From the IMG/VR virus record IMGVR_UViG_3300031857_000291, positions 1-50,656 of that record: a stretch of DNA of 50,656 bases; one strand, written 5' to 3'. This document shows, in pieces, positions 17,573-27,154 of this stretch. Source of the DNA: a virus. Its lineage: Duplodnaviria > Caudoviricetes. Position 1 is the stretch's first letter; every line of letters begins with the position of its first letter. The notes under the pieces are model-generated. The model was given only the letters and a program-made list of their open reading frames with translations. It was not told the DNA's origin and did no database searches. The position numbers were made by a program, and so were the translations under genes.

Positions 17573-17627
17573 AGCTATGCTGCCGCAGTGGCAGTAGTCC
17601 TAGTTAACCAAGAAGGAAAGTTACATC

Positions 17628-18467
17628 ATGCGTCCCATTCTCACCTCTCCGCGCGTGCTGCGCACCGGCCAGCCGCTGACGTTGGCAGGCATCCAGCAAG
17701 TGTGCCCTGCGGTGTTTGCCCCTCAAGCGCACGCAAGCCGGGGGCCTAAGTACCTGTACGTGCCCACAATCGAGCCCCTCAACGCCCTGTTGGACAGTGG
17801 CTGGGGCGTGTACGAGGCCAGCCAACAACGCGCCCGCGCCGCCGACCGTGACCCCTACACCAAGCACATGCTCCGCCTGCGGAAGCTCGAGCACTTTGAC
17901 AGTACGCAGGTGCTGCGGGACGGAGTGCCGGAGGTAATCCTCATCAACGCACACGACGGCACCGCCGCCTATCACTTGCGGGCAGGATTCTTCCGCTTTG
18001 TGTGCAGCAACGGGTTGATTGTTGGCAACCAGATTGCCGGGTTTAAGATCCGCCACACGGTAACCAGCCAAACCACCAGCGAGGTTATTGACGGCTGCAC
18101 CCGCGTAGTGACGGAGAGCTTCCCCGTAATGCTCGACAACATGGACCGCTTTAAGAGCATCCACCTATTGCCCGAGCAGCAGTACCGGCTGGCTAATGTG
18201 GGCATCAAGCTGCGGTATGGCACCACGCTACCGAAGTTTACCGTGCAGGACGTACTTACCTGCCGCCGCCCCGAAGACGAGGAGCCTACCCTGTGGAACA
18301 TCTACAACCGCGTGCAGGAGAACGTGGTGTACGGCGGCTGGGAACAGCGCAGCCGTGGATACAACCGACGCACCACCGTGCGTGGCGTTGAGCGTGTAAG
18401 CGCCGTAGCTGGCATCAACGCTGGGTTGTGGGACGCCGCTACCACCCTGGCTGACGAGCTTGCTTGA
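17628..18467 (+). CDS. DUF932 family protein
   Basis: YVPTI, TKHMLRLR, PEVILINAHDG, FRFVCSNGL and LWNIYNRVQEN. Confidence 0.85.
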   Translation: MRPILTSPRVLRTGQPLTLAGIQQVCPAVFAPQAHASRGPKYLYVPTIEPLNALLDSGWGVYEASQQRARAADRDPYTKHMLRLRKLEHFDSTQVLRDGVPEVILINAHDGTAAYHLRAGFFRFVCSNGLIVGNQIAGFKIRHTVTSQTTSEVIDGCTRVVTESFPVMLDNMDRFKSIHLLPEQQYRLANVGIKLRYGTTLPKFTVQDVLTCRRPEDEEPTLWNIYNRVQENVVYGGWEQRSRGYNRRTTVRGVERVSAVAGINAGLWDAATTLADELA

Positions 18468-18706
18468 TGCCCACCCACCTGTACGAGTACGCTGGCGTTA
18501 CCCTGAGTGTTGAGTATACGGTGGATGCAGCGGATAGCATCCCCACACTCAGCGCCGCCCGGGTGTTAGATGCCAGCTACCAGCCCTGCGGGCCAGACTT
18601 AATAGACTGGTTGCAGCGCCTTGTATTCATGCACACGCCAACCGATGGAGAGAGTGTGCTCTCTATCATAGCCGGAGAAATACACAGTGTCCTTAACTGC
18701 CACTGA
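18464..18706 (+). CDS. Hypothetical protein
   Basis: Coupled ORF in the operon. Confidence 0.5.
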   Translation: MMPTHLYEYAGVTLSVEYTVDAADSIPTLSAARVLDASYQPCGPDLIDWLQRLVFMHTPTDGESVLSIIAGEIHSVLNCH

Positions 18707-19073
18707 ACTTGCCCAACTGGCCGACCACTACTGGACCACGCGGGCCAAGCGCCTTGATGCCGACAAGGTAGCCAAGGATTTGAAAGATGAAGAGTCTCGC
18801 GCCGAGGCTACTTTGATAAAGGAGATGCGTGAGCAGCAACTCACAGCCATTGGAGGCAAGCTGGTGCGTCTTGCTATCCCCACCGTGCCAGAGTACGTGC
18901 CCGCCGTAAAGGACTGGGACGTGCTTTACAAGCACATTCTGGAGTCGGGTGACTTTAGCCTGCTCCACAAGCGGGTGGGTAACACCGCCTGCAAAGAACG
19001 CTGGGACGCCGGCGTAGACGTACCGGGGGTTGAGAAGTTCCCGGTGTACAAGTTGTCAAAATCAGGAGTTTGA
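18687..19073 (+). CDS. Conserved phage replication-module protein
   Basis: VKDWDVLYKHI...LLHKRV...VPGVE; upstream of the SSB-like gene. Confidence 0.65.
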   Translation: MSLTATELAQLADHYWTTRAKRLDADKVAKDLKDEESRAEATLIKEMREQQLTAIGGKLVRLAIPTVPEYVPAVKDWDVLYKHILESGDFSLLHKRVGNTACKERWDAGVDVPGVEKFPVYKLSKSGV

Positions 19074-19076
19074 ACC

Positions 19077-19856
19077 ATGAGCGAGATTGTCACTACCCAA
19101 GCCTCTGCGCTTGCCCTGCCCAACGACGTGCTTGCCGCCCTGGCGGCTGAGGCCAAAGCCGCCGCCGCTAAGGAGCGCCCCGCCCTGGGCCGCATTGGCC
19201 TTAAGAGCGGCGTTATGACCTACGCGGGCCAACCCGTAGCCGGTAACAAGATGGAAGCCATTGTGCTCTGCGCCAGCTTCCGTAACGTGTGGTACGCCGG
19301 ACGGTACGACCCTAACAACATCGTCAATCCGAACTGCTTTGCCCTCAGCATGGATGACGAGGGCATGGTGCCGCACAGCAACGTCAGCAAACCGGCCAAC
19401 TCCACCTGTGCCGGATGCCCCCACGACGAGTGGGGCAGCGACCCCAACGGCGGCCGAGGCAAGGCCTGCAAGCAGACCCGCCGCCTTGTGCTGCTGCCAG
19501 GGCACGCCATGGAACAGGGGCCAGACGCACTCCGCGCCGCAGAGATGGCTGTGCTGGACTTGCCCGTCACCAGTGTGAAGAACTACAGCAGCTACGTGAA
19601 TACGCTGACCGCCAGCACGCAGATGCCCACGTATGCCGCCGTGTGCGAAATTAGCGTGGTGCCCGATGCCAAAACGCAATTCAAGGTCAACTTCCGGGCT
19701 ATGCGTGTGGTGCCTAGCATGGAGCACTTGCAGGCCATCAAGTCCCGTATGGATGGAGCGCAGCTTGTGGCGCTGGAGCCCTACGCCGAGACTGCTGACG
19801 AGGACGACGCACCGCCTGCCAAGGTGGCCGCGCCCGCCAAGGGCAAGAAGTTCTAA
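19077..19856 (+). CDS. Probable ssDNA-binding/annealing protein
   Basis: CAGCP..EWGS...GKACK..RRL Zn-like motif and an acidic/basic tail; located before the polymerase. Confidence 0.6.
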   Translation: MSEIVTTQASALALPNDVLAALAAEAKAAAAKERPALGRIGLKSGVMTYAGQPVAGNKMEAIVLCASFRNVWYAGRYDPNNIVNPNCFALSMDDEGMVPHSNVSKPANSTCAGCPHDEWGSDPNGGRGKACKQTRRLVLLPGHAMEQGPDALRAAEMAVLDLPVTSVKNYSSYVNTLTASTQMPTYAAVCEISVVPDAKTQFKVNFRAMRVVPSMEHLQAIKSRMDGAQLVALEPYAETADEDDAPPAKVAAPAKGKKF

Positions 19857-19862
19857 GGTTTT

Positions 19863-19948
19863 GGGGATGGTCTAGCGTGGCGGGGTTGTCTCCTCCCTGG
19901 CCCACAATCCGCTCAGTGCGGACGCCACGCAGCACATAGACATGCCCC
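19863..19948 (+). ncRNA. Candidate structured RNA (multi-stem junction)
   Basis: GGGGATGGTCTA/TAGACATGCCCC outer stem, GCGTGGCG/CGCCACGC inner stem, two hairpins and a TCTCCTCCCT loop. Confidence 0.4.
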
Positions 19949-19949
19949 T

Positions 19950-19999
19950 GCCCCCACTCACCATCTCGATAAGCAGTTGCCGGTGAGTGGGGGCTTTTT
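19950..19999 (+). terminator. Intrinsic terminator upstream of the DNA polymerase
   Basis: 13-bp stem GCCCCCACTCACC/GGTGAGTGGGGGC followed by TTTTT. Confidence 0.7.
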
Positions 20000-20012
20000 A
20001 CAAGGAACTCGA

Positions 20013-21824
20013 GTGCTTACCATTGACTTTGAAACTGAAGGGATAGTGGGTAACCCCATCTATGCACCGCCGCGCCCGGTGGGCGTATCAATTAAACGGG
20101 AAGGAGAAGAGTCCACCTACCACGCGTGGGGGCATCCTACGGAGAATAACTGCTCGTTTGAGCAGGCCAAGGCCACGCTGCTCACCGCCCTGCACGAGGA
20201 CAAAGAGGGCTACCTCGCCCACAACGCGCCATTTGAAGCCGCCATTTTGCGCGAGTACTTCGGCTATACGCAGAAAGACCCTCTCAAGGTACACGACACG
20301 CAGTACCTACTATTCCTTGCTGATCCGTACGCCTTAACATTCAGCCTCAAGCCGAGTGCTGAGCGCATACTGGGCCTGCCCCCCGACGAGCGGGATGACG
20401 TTATGGCTTGGGTGCTGGCTAACGTGCCCGGAGCCAAGAAGTCTGACTGGGGGGCCTACATCTGCAAAGCGCCGGGTGGACTGGTTGGCAAGTACGCTGT
20501 AGGAGACACTGACCGTACCCGCGCCCTGTTTGACGCGCTGTACCCCCGCATTCTGCAGGCCGGTATGCTGGAGCCCTACCGCCGCGAGCAGCACTTGGCC
20601 CCCGTGCTAAGCGCCAGTAGTGAGCGTGGCGTGCGCCTTGACATGGAGCGGCTAGAGGCAGACATCAAGGTGTACACCGCCGCCAAGCTCAAAGCCGAGC
20701 ATTATGTATACAAAACGCTGGGCGACTTTAATATCGACTCTGACGCTGAGCTTGCCGCCGCGTTGGACCGTGCGGGCCAAGTTACCCAGTGGGTGCTAAC
20801 CCCCACGGGCAAGCGCTCCACAAGCCGTAAGAACCTTGTTGGACGCGTTAAAGACCCCGCGCTGCTGGCCTACCTTGCCTACAGGGGCGTGCTGCAAACG
20901 TGTCTTGGCACGTTTGCCGAACCCTGGCTGTACCAAGCCAGCCGGGAGGGCGGACGCCTACACCCACAGTGGAATCAGGTACGGGGTGACAAAGGCACGG
21001 ACGGAGACATGTCCGGCACCCGCACGGGGCGGATGAGTTGCCGCAACCCCAACCTGCAGAACCCACCGAATGAATTTGAAGGTTTGGTGATACCTGAGGG
21101 CCTACCCCCACCCATGATTATGCGGAGGTACCTGCTACCCGAGGAGGGGCATGTGTGGCTCAAGCGAGACTTTAGTGCGCAGGAGATGCGTATTATGGCC
21201 CACTTTGCCGAGGGGCGGCTCTACGATGCCTTCCGTCTTGACCCCACCACAGACCCTCACGTCGCTGTGCAGAGGATGATTAAGGAGCTCCTTAACATTG
21301 ACATGCCCCGCAAGTACGTCAAGATTACTGGCTTTGGAATCATGTATGGACGCGGAGTGCCAAACCTTAGTGCTGCCCTGGGAGTTGATCAAGAAGAAGG
21401 CAAGCGCGTGCGAGACGCTTACTATGCAGCTCTGCCGGAAGTCCAACAACTCAGTTACGATACTCGCAACCGAGGGAAGCGAGGCCAGTTTATTCGAACT
21501 TGGGGTGGGCGAGTGTATTACCGTGAGCCTGACCCGGCACGGGATCTCAGTTACAAGTTGCTCAACTACCTTATCCAAGGCAGTGCGGCGGACCAGACTA
21601 AGCAAGCGATGATAGACTGGGACCGTACCCGCGCCCCAGGTGACGTGCTGCTAGCCGCCGTGCATGATGAAATAAACATATCCGCCCCAATGGATGATGC
21701 TGCCGGGGCTATGCGCCGCCTGCGGCTCGCCATGAATGCGGATAGGTTTGACGTTCCCTTCATGTCTGAAGGGTATACCGGCCCCAACTGGGGCGAAATT
21801 GTGGGGTACAAAGATAATGACTGA
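20013..21824 (+). CDS. polA: DNA polymerase family A with 3'-5' exonuclease
   Basis: ExoI IDFETE; RTGRMS..NPNLQN; motif A DFSAQEMR; motif B RKYVKITGFGIMYG; motif C VHDE. AAGGA RBS before GTG at 20013. Confidence 0.95.
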   Translation: MLTIDFETEGIVGNPIYAPPRPVGVSIKREGEESTYHAWGHPTENNCSFEQAKATLLTALHEDKEGYLAHNAPFEAAILREYFGYTQKDPLKVHDTQYLLFLADPYALTFSLKPSAERILGLPPDERDDVMAWVLANVPGAKKSDWGAYICKAPGGLVGKYAVGDTDRTRALFDALYPRILQAGMLEPYRREQHLAPVLSASSERGVRLDMERLEADIKVYTAAKLKAEHYVYKTLGDFNIDSDAELAAALDRAGQVTQWVLTPTGKRSTSRKNLVGRVKDPALLAYLAYRGVLQTCLGTFAEPWLYQASREGGRLHPQWNQVRGDKGTDGDMSGTRTGRMSCRNPNLQNPPNEFEGLVIPEGLPPPMIMRRYLLPEEGHVWLKRDFSAQEMRIMAHFAEGRLYDAFRLDPTTDPHVAVQRMIKELLNIDMPRKYVKITGFGIMYGRGVPNLSAALGVDQEEGKRVRDAYYAALPEVQQLSYDTRNRGKRGQFIRTWGGRVYYREPDPARDLSYKLLNYLIQGSAADQTKQAMIDWDRTRAPGDVLLAAVHDEINISAPMDDAAGAMRRLRLAMNADRFDVPFMSEGYTGPNWGEIVGYKDND

Positions 21825-22536
21825 CACCGTAGAGCTTAACGTAAAGCCGCCTTTCCGCTGGAGCTTCAGCCAGTGGGAATCGTACAACCAGTGCCCCGCA
21901 AAGTGGAACTTCCAGAGCCGCATGAAGTTGCCGCGCCGCCCGCCCGGGCCTGCCGCCGCCCGTGGGTTGCAGATGCACGACACGGTAGAGCAATACATCA
22001 AAGGTGGGGAGCCCAGCGTACTGCACCCCGACATTGATAAGAAGTACATCCCCATACTGGACGCATACCGCAACCACCCCAACGGAGACCGACACACCGA
22101 AAAGAAGCTGGCCTTTGACGCTGAGTGGTACCTGTGTGCTCCACAGAGCAAGTACGCTGCCTGTGTGGCCGTGCTGGACGCCGTGCGCTACACCAAGCCC
22201 CATGCCACTGATACCGGAGTGCTGGAGGTAGGTGAGTGGAAAAGCGGCAAGCCCAAGGACACCCACGGAGACCAGCGCAAGCTCTATGCAATGTTCGGTA
22301 TGCGGGCGTGGCTAGCAGATGAGGTGCGCGTCACCACCTACTACCTGGAGGACACTGCACCCCCGCAGCGGCTGGTGGTGAGTAGCCAGAGCGGCTTTGA
22401 AAAGCTCAAGGCCCTGTGGATTGACCGCATCAGTACCATGCAGCGTGACCAAATCTGCGCCCCGCGCCCTGGCTTCTACTGCCGGTTTTGTGACTACGCC
22501 AAGGCCCAAGGCGGACCTTGTCAATTCGGTGCTTGA
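21817..22536 (+). CDS. PD-(D/E)XK (Cas4/RecB-like) exonuclease
   Basis: WSFS..ESYNQCP, RGLQMH, EWKSGK, Q...YA and a C-terminal CRFC...C cluster. Confidence 0.8.
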   Translation: MTDTVELNVKPPFRWSFSQWESYNQCPAKWNFQSRMKLPRRPPGPAAARGLQMHDTVEQYIKGGEPSVLHPDIDKKYIPILDAYRNHPNGDRHTEKKLAFDAEWYLCAPQSKYAACVAVLDAVRYTKPHATDTGVLEVGEWKSGKPKDTHGDQRKLYAMFGMRAWLADEVRVTTYYLEDTAPPQRLVVSSQSGFEKLKALWIDRISTMQRDQICAPRPGFYCRFCDYAKAQGGPCQFGA

Positions 22537-22819
22537 AAGTTACATAGAAAGGAAGGTAAGGTCTTGGGCACGCTCTAAGGGCGTGCTCTGCCTAAAGCTG
22601 ACCCCGCAGGGTACTGCGGGCTATCCAGACGACCTATTTTTGTTTCGCGGCCGCACAGCCTTGATAGAATTTAAGCGCCCCGGTGGCAAGCCTAGACCCC
22701 TACAACTGGTACGGATTGCGGAACTTGAGCAACAGGGCTTCCCTGTAGGAGTGATTGACAATGTCGACGACGGAATTGCGTTCCTGGCAACCGCGCTCAT
22801 ATCAGCAACAGGCGGTTAA
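22529..22819 (+). CDS. VRR-NUC domain nuclease
   Basis: LESYIE..GYPD..IEFKRPGGKPRPLQ. Confidence 0.85.
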   Translation: MLESYIERKVRSWARSKGVLCLKLTPQGTAGYPDDLFLFRGRTALIEFKRPGGKPRPLQLVRIAELEQQGFPVGVIDNVDDGIAFLATALISATGG

Positions 22820-24152
22820 ACTTGGAATAGCTCAGGCGTGCGCGGGCTTTCTGCTGCGTCCTGGCATGGGCAAGACCACTATCAGTTACGCGATAGTAAA
22901 GATACTGCGCGACAAACGATTGATTAAACGCACGCTGGTGATTGCTCCCCTGCGTGTGATCTACAACGTGTGGCCTAAGCAGAAAAATGACTGGGCCGAG
23001 TTTGCTGACCTACGCGTGCAGATACTGCATGGCAAGGATCGCGTAAAGAACTTCCACAACATAGACGCAGACATCTACTGCATTAACCCAGAGGGTTTGG
23101 AGTGGCTTGACACGCCCGAGCATCTTGCTTGGCTGCGGCAGCACTTCGACGTACTGATTGTCGACGAGTCCACCAAGTTTAAGAACACTGGCACTCAGCG
23201 GTTTAAGAGAGTGCGCAAGTTCATTCAACACTTTAAGCGCCGATACATTCTTACAGGAAGCTTCACCCCCAACGGGCTGTTAGACCTATTTGGACAAATT
23301 TACGTGTTAGATGAGGGCGCTGCACTGGGTAGGTTCATAACGCACTACAAGACCAAATACTTCTACCCCACTGACCGCATGGGCTACACCCTGGCCCCGC
23401 ACGCCTGGGCTGCGGATGAAATTGCGGGCAAGATTGCTCCCCTCACCCTAGTATTGGACCGTGAGGGCAATCTTGATATGCCTGAGCTAATATTTAATGA
23501 CATCTTAATTGACCTACCTGAAAACGCACGCAAGCAATACGCGCAGATGGAGGAGCACATGCTCGCCACGCTAGATAAAGAACTGGTGGTGGCCGCTAAC
23601 GCTGCGGTGGCGACCAGCAAATGCCGCCAGATTGCTAATGGATGCCTATTCACTAACGCGGGCGACGGCACGTGGACTGACATACACGACGCCAAGATTG
23701 ACGCTCTAAAAGACCTTGTTGAGGAGCTGAGTGGGGAGAGCTTGCTGGTGGTGTACGAGTTTAAGCCAGACTTAGAAAAGCTGCGCAAAGCATTCCCCAA
23801 TGCGGTGCTGCTCACTGGCGGTAGCGCCACCCAGGACGCCACCAACATCAGCCTATTCGCGGGCGGCTTTGTGCAGATGGGGCTGGGGCAATTCACCAGC
23901 ATCAGCCTTGGCATTGACGGATTGCAAAACAAGTGCCGCAACGTGGTGATGTTTGGCCTGACGTGGAACTTACAAGACTATAGCCAAACCATTGACCGCA
24001 TCTGGAGGCAGGGACAGAGGGCCGACACAGTAATCGTACACCGCATAATTGCCAAGGACACGGTTGACCAACGCGTGCTGCGCGTGCTCAACGCCAAGGA
24101 CTCCACGCAGAGTAGCTTCCTAACTCTGCTCAAGGGCATGCAGCGCCCATAG
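22761..24152 (+). CDS. SNF2-family helicase
   Basis: PRSYQ, PGMGKT, IVDEST, LTGS, GIDGLQ and RIWRQGQ. Confidence 0.9.
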   Translation: MSTTELRSWQPRSYQQQAVKLGIAQACAGFLLRPGMGKTTISYAIVKILRDKRLIKRTLVIAPLRVIYNVWPKQKNDWAEFADLRVQILHGKDRVKNFHNIDADIYCINPEGLEWLDTPEHLAWLRQHFDVLIVDESTKFKNTGTQRFKRVRKFIQHFKRRYILTGSFTPNGLLDLFGQIYVLDEGAALGRFITHYKTKYFYPTDRMGYTLAPHAWAADEIAGKIAPLTLVLDREGNLDMPELIFNDILIDLPENARKQYAQMEEHMLATLDKELVVAANAAVATSKCRQIANGCLFTNAGDGTWTDIHDAKIDALKDLVEELSGESLLVVYEFKPDLEKLRKAFPNAVLLTGGSATQDATNISLFAGGFVQMGLGQFTSISLGIDGLQNKCRNVVMFGLTWNLQDYSQTIDRIWRQGQRADTVIVHRIIAKDTVDQRVLRVLNAKDSTQSSFLTLLKGMQRP

Positions 24153-24193
24153 CCCCGCGCTATGGGGACGTGAGTCCCATTGCAAAAAACAAT

Positions 24194-24221
24194 TTGCTTT
24201 GGAAACTCAAATGGGCATAAT
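24194..24221 (+). promoter_or_regulatory. Promoter TTGCTT-N16-CATAAT for the DNA-modification operon
   Basis: AT-rich upstream element; 16-nt spacer as in the other plus-strand promoters. Confidence 0.6.
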
Positions 24222-24247
24222 TACCTCTCAGCAGCACTAGTTACACC

Positions 24248-25195
24248 GTGAATATCTTTTACCTTGACAAAAATCCGCGCCGTGCCGCAGAAATGATGCA
24301 CGACAAGCATGTGGTGAAGATGGTGCTGGAGACTGCTCAGATTTTGAGCACTGTGTGTCATCGCCACGGCTGCTGGGTACCGGAGATGTATCGGCCTACA
24401 CACGCCAATCATCCAAGTGTGTTGTGGGCTGGTGAGAGCGTAGAGAGCTTCCAGTGGCTGTACGCGCATGGACTGTGGCTGGGCAAGGAGTTTGAGTACC
24501 GCTACGGACACGCTCACAAAAGCAGTGGAGTAATCGACATAGTACCCTACTTCACTCCACAGGAGTTTCCGCAAGCGCACTGGACCGAGCCTCCGCAGGC
24601 TATGCCAGACGAATTTAAGATTGCCGGGGACAGCGTAGCTGCCTACCGAGCATACTACCTGGGGCGAAAGGTAGAGCAAAGTGGCTGGACACGTCGCCCC
24701 GTGCCAGCGTTTGTGTTAGAAGGAAAACCTGAAATCATGGCTAAGAAGCAAGTGAAGACCGCGCCGACGGCTTCTACCCCCGCAGCGGCAGACGCACCGG
24801 CTGCATCCTCCAAGCGTGGAGCGCCCATTGGTGCCCGTGGGCCCAAGGGCGTGGCGCTAGACGCGCTGATTACCCTCAAGTGCGAGGGCAACCCCAAGCG
24901 TCCGGGCAGCAAGGCGCACGCAGTATTCGCACAGTACGCGGATGGGATGACAGTGCAAGCCTTCCTCGACGCGGTGGGCGACGCCGCCACCCCCAACTTG
25001 GTGTACGACGCTGCGCACGGCTTTATCTCCATCGAGGGGTACGACCCCAAACTGGTGGTGAAGAAGGAGCGTGCCCCCAAGGAGCCCAAGGCTCCTAAGG
25101 CCCCGCGTGCCAAGAAGGCCGCTGCCACCGCCGCAGCTCCCACCGCCGCTGAGGTAGAGGTGGACGCCCTGGCCGTGGAAGAAGTGATCGACTGA
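24248..25195 (+). CDS. Pyrimidine-dimer DNA glycosylase (DenV/endonuclease V-like) fused in frame to a Lys/Ala/Pro-rich DNA-binding-like domain
   Basis: MNIFYLD...DKHVVKMVLETAQILST...HANHPS...QAMPD..AYRAYY; internal AAGGA RBS and ATG at 24737. Confidence 0.75.
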   Translation: MNIFYLDKNPRRAAEMMHDKHVVKMVLETAQILSTVCHRHGCWVPEMYRPTHANHPSVLWAGESVESFQWLYAHGLWLGKEFEYRYGHAHKSSGVIDIVPYFTPQEFPQAHWTEPPQAMPDEFKIAGDSVAAYRAYYLGRKVEQSGWTRRPVPAFVLEGKPEIMAKKQVKTAPTASTPAAADAPAASSKRGAPIGARGPKGVALDALITLKCEGNPKRPGSKAHAVFAQYADGMTVQAFLDAVGDAATPNLVYDAAHGFISIEGYDPKLVVKKERAPKEPKAPKAPRAKKAAATAAAPTAAEVEVDALAVEEVID

Positions 25196-25205
25196 CGGCA
25201 AGTAA

Positions 25206-25982
25206 ATGGACATCGTAATTCCAACCTACGGTCGTCCACAGCAGAGCAGGCAGCATACCCTGAACGCCCTGGTGGCGGACGGGTTGCTGCCTGTACTGAT
25301 TGTGCAGCACCGCGAACATCAGCTCTACAACTGGTATCATGGCCCGGTGCATGTACTACCGCCAGAGATACAGACCGTAGCCCCCACGCGGGACTACCTC
25401 ATTCATAACGAGGTGTGGAAGAGTCGCTTTGTCTGCATGCTGGATGATGACCTACACTTCTTTGCCCGTCGTAATGATGACCCCACCAAGTTCCGTCCTC
25501 TGGTGCCGTTTGAGCTCGGCCGCATGCTGGCGCAGCTTGAGGGTATGCTGGACCGTTTTCCGCACGTGGGCATTGCCCCCAGAGAGGGTGGTAACCGCAA
25601 CACGGAGCCATTCATGCTCAACACACGCATCATGCGCGTGCTGGGGTATGACCGTGAGTTTTTGCGCACCCACAAGGTGACGTTTGCCCCCATGCCGGTG
25701 ATGGAGGACTTCCACGTTAGCCTGCAACTACTCAAGCTGGGGCGGGACACCCTGGTGCTGAACAATTGGTGCAACAACCAAGCCGAGGGGAGTGACGCTG
25801 CCGGGGGCTGCTCAACGTACCGTACCCCCACTTTACAGACTGACGCTGCCCGCCTGCTAGCCGCGCTGCACACCCCCTACGTCAAGGTTGTGGAGAAAGA
25901 AACCAAGACTGCGTGGGGCGGCGGCACTCGTACTGACGTGACCATCCAATGGAAAAAGGCCCGCAACCATGCTACAGACTGA
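25206..25982 (+). CDS. GT-A fold DNA-base glycosyltransferase (TET/JBP-associated GT-like)
   Basis: IVIPTYGR, MLDDD (DxD), EDFHVSLQLL and GGCSTYR; sits in the base-modification cluster. Confidence 0.75.
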   Translation: MDIVIPTYGRPQQSRQHTLNALVADGLLPVLIVQHREHQLYNWYHGPVHVLPPEIQTVAPTRDYLIHNEVWKSRFVCMLDDDLHFFARRNDDPTKFRPLVPFELGRMLAQLEGMLDRFPHVGIAPREGGNRNTEPFMLNTRIMRVLGYDREFLRTHKVTFAPMPVMEDFHVSLQLLKLGRDTLVLNNWCNNQAEGSDAAGGCSTYRTPTLQTDAARLLAALHTPYVKVVEKETKTAWGGGTRTDVTIQWKKARNHATD

Positions 25983-26796
25983 GCTTGCCTACTGGATAAA
26001 CGAGCGCTGGCGCATCCGCCAGCAGCGGGAGCAGGGCGTGCCCCCACCCTGGAGTGAGGACAAGGTGTTCCGCACCGTGCGCTTCTGCAACGTGCATAGG
26101 GAGGACGACAAGGTAACCCGCTGGGTGCGCAGGTACTGGAACCGTGGCACCGATCCCGCGTGGCGCTTTGTGGTGGCGCGGCTCATCAACTGGCCTGATA
26201 GCTTGGAGGACATTCTCAACTGCGAGACCCCAGCGCGGATGCGAGACCGGCTTAAGGACCGCCGCTACACCCACGCCAAGGTGTTTACCAGCGCCTACAC
26301 GGTCAGCACGTGTGGACGCAAAATGGACAAGTTGGACTACGTATTTGACCACGTAGCCGCCCGCGTTGCGCAGGCACAGTGGGCAGGCACCCACTCCACA
26401 CTGGAGGATGCGTACACATGGCTCTCTAACATTGATGGGCTAGGTAGCTTCCTCTCTGCGCAGGTAGTTGCGGACATGAAAAACACGCACGGCCACCCCC
26501 TGCACGACGCAGCGGACTGGTGGACATGGTCAGCCCCCGGACCGGGGAGCCTGCGGGGGCTGAGCTGGTTTTTCCACCACAACCACCTGAATACAAGCGC
26601 CAGCCGCTACCACACAGACCTTGCTACGTGCCGCGAGGCAACTGACCCACTCATCAACCCGGAGGTGCCCCGCATCAGCAACCAGGACTTTCAAAACTGC
26701 TTGTGTGAATTCAGCAAGTGGTGCAACGTCACATATCTCAACGGACACGTTAGGAACAAGTATGTCCCAGTTCTTCCAAAGAGTGCAAGAGTTTAA
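25969..26796 (+). CDS. aGPT-Pplase1-like (HhH-fold) thymidine-hypermodification protein
   Basis: ERWRI...PPWSED.VF...RFCNVHREDDKVT; GLGSFLSAQVVAD; PGPGSLRGL; QNCLCEFSK. Confidence 0.8.
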   Translation: MLQTELAYWINERWRIRQQREQGVPPPWSEDKVFRTVRFCNVHREDDKVTRWVRRYWNRGTDPAWRFVVARLINWPDSLEDILNCETPARMRDRLKDRRYTHAKVFTSAYTVSTCGRKMDKLDYVFDHVAARVAQAQWAGTHSTLEDAYTWLSNIDGLGSFLSAQVVADMKNTHGHPLHDAADWWTWSAPGPGSLRGLSWFFHHNHLNTSASRYHTDLATCREATDPLINPEVPRISNQDFQNCLCEFSKWCNVTYLNGHVRNKYVPVLPKSARV

Positions 26797-27154
26797 CCGC
26801 GTGTTCGGTATGCCGGAGCCTGCGGTGCCGGTAATGCCCAACAGTCTACGCCTACGCCAGTTTAGAGACATGCTGCTGGCCGAGGTTAATGAGTACGACA
26901 CCGTACGAGAGCTTGAAGACTTTGCTGACTGGGTGGGGGACATCATCGTCTACTGCGCCAGTGAGGCTATACGCCACGGCATCCCAATCGAGAAGGTGCT
27001 CAACATTATCATGGCCAGCAATATGTCCAAGCTGGGGGAGGACGGCAAGCCTATCATCAACAACGCCACCGGCAAGGTGGAAAAGGGACCTAACTACTGG
27101 CGTCCCGAGAGCATGATTCAACAACTGCTTGCCATGGAAGGCGCAGAGAGATGA
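26762..27154 (+). CDS. MazG-like (DR2231-type) NTP pyrophosphohydrolase
   Basis: VQEFNRVF, EVNE, D..GD, SNMSKLGEDGKP and GKVEKGPNY. Confidence 0.85.
   Translation: MSQFFQRVQEFNRVFGMPEPAVPVMPNSLRLRQFRDMLLAEVNEYDTVRELEDFADWVGDIIVYCASEAIRHGIPIEKVLNIIMASNMSKLGEDGKPIINNATGKVEKGPNYWRPESMIQQLLAMEGAER

Noticed and set aside
19863-19948. tRNA gene
   Set aside because: No T-loop GTTC, D-loop or CCA end in a cloverleaf arrangement; the same applies to 13340-13440.
21817-22536. Cas4 as part of a CRISPR-Cas system
   Set aside because: No cas1/cas2 or array; it is a standard phage replication-module exonuclease.
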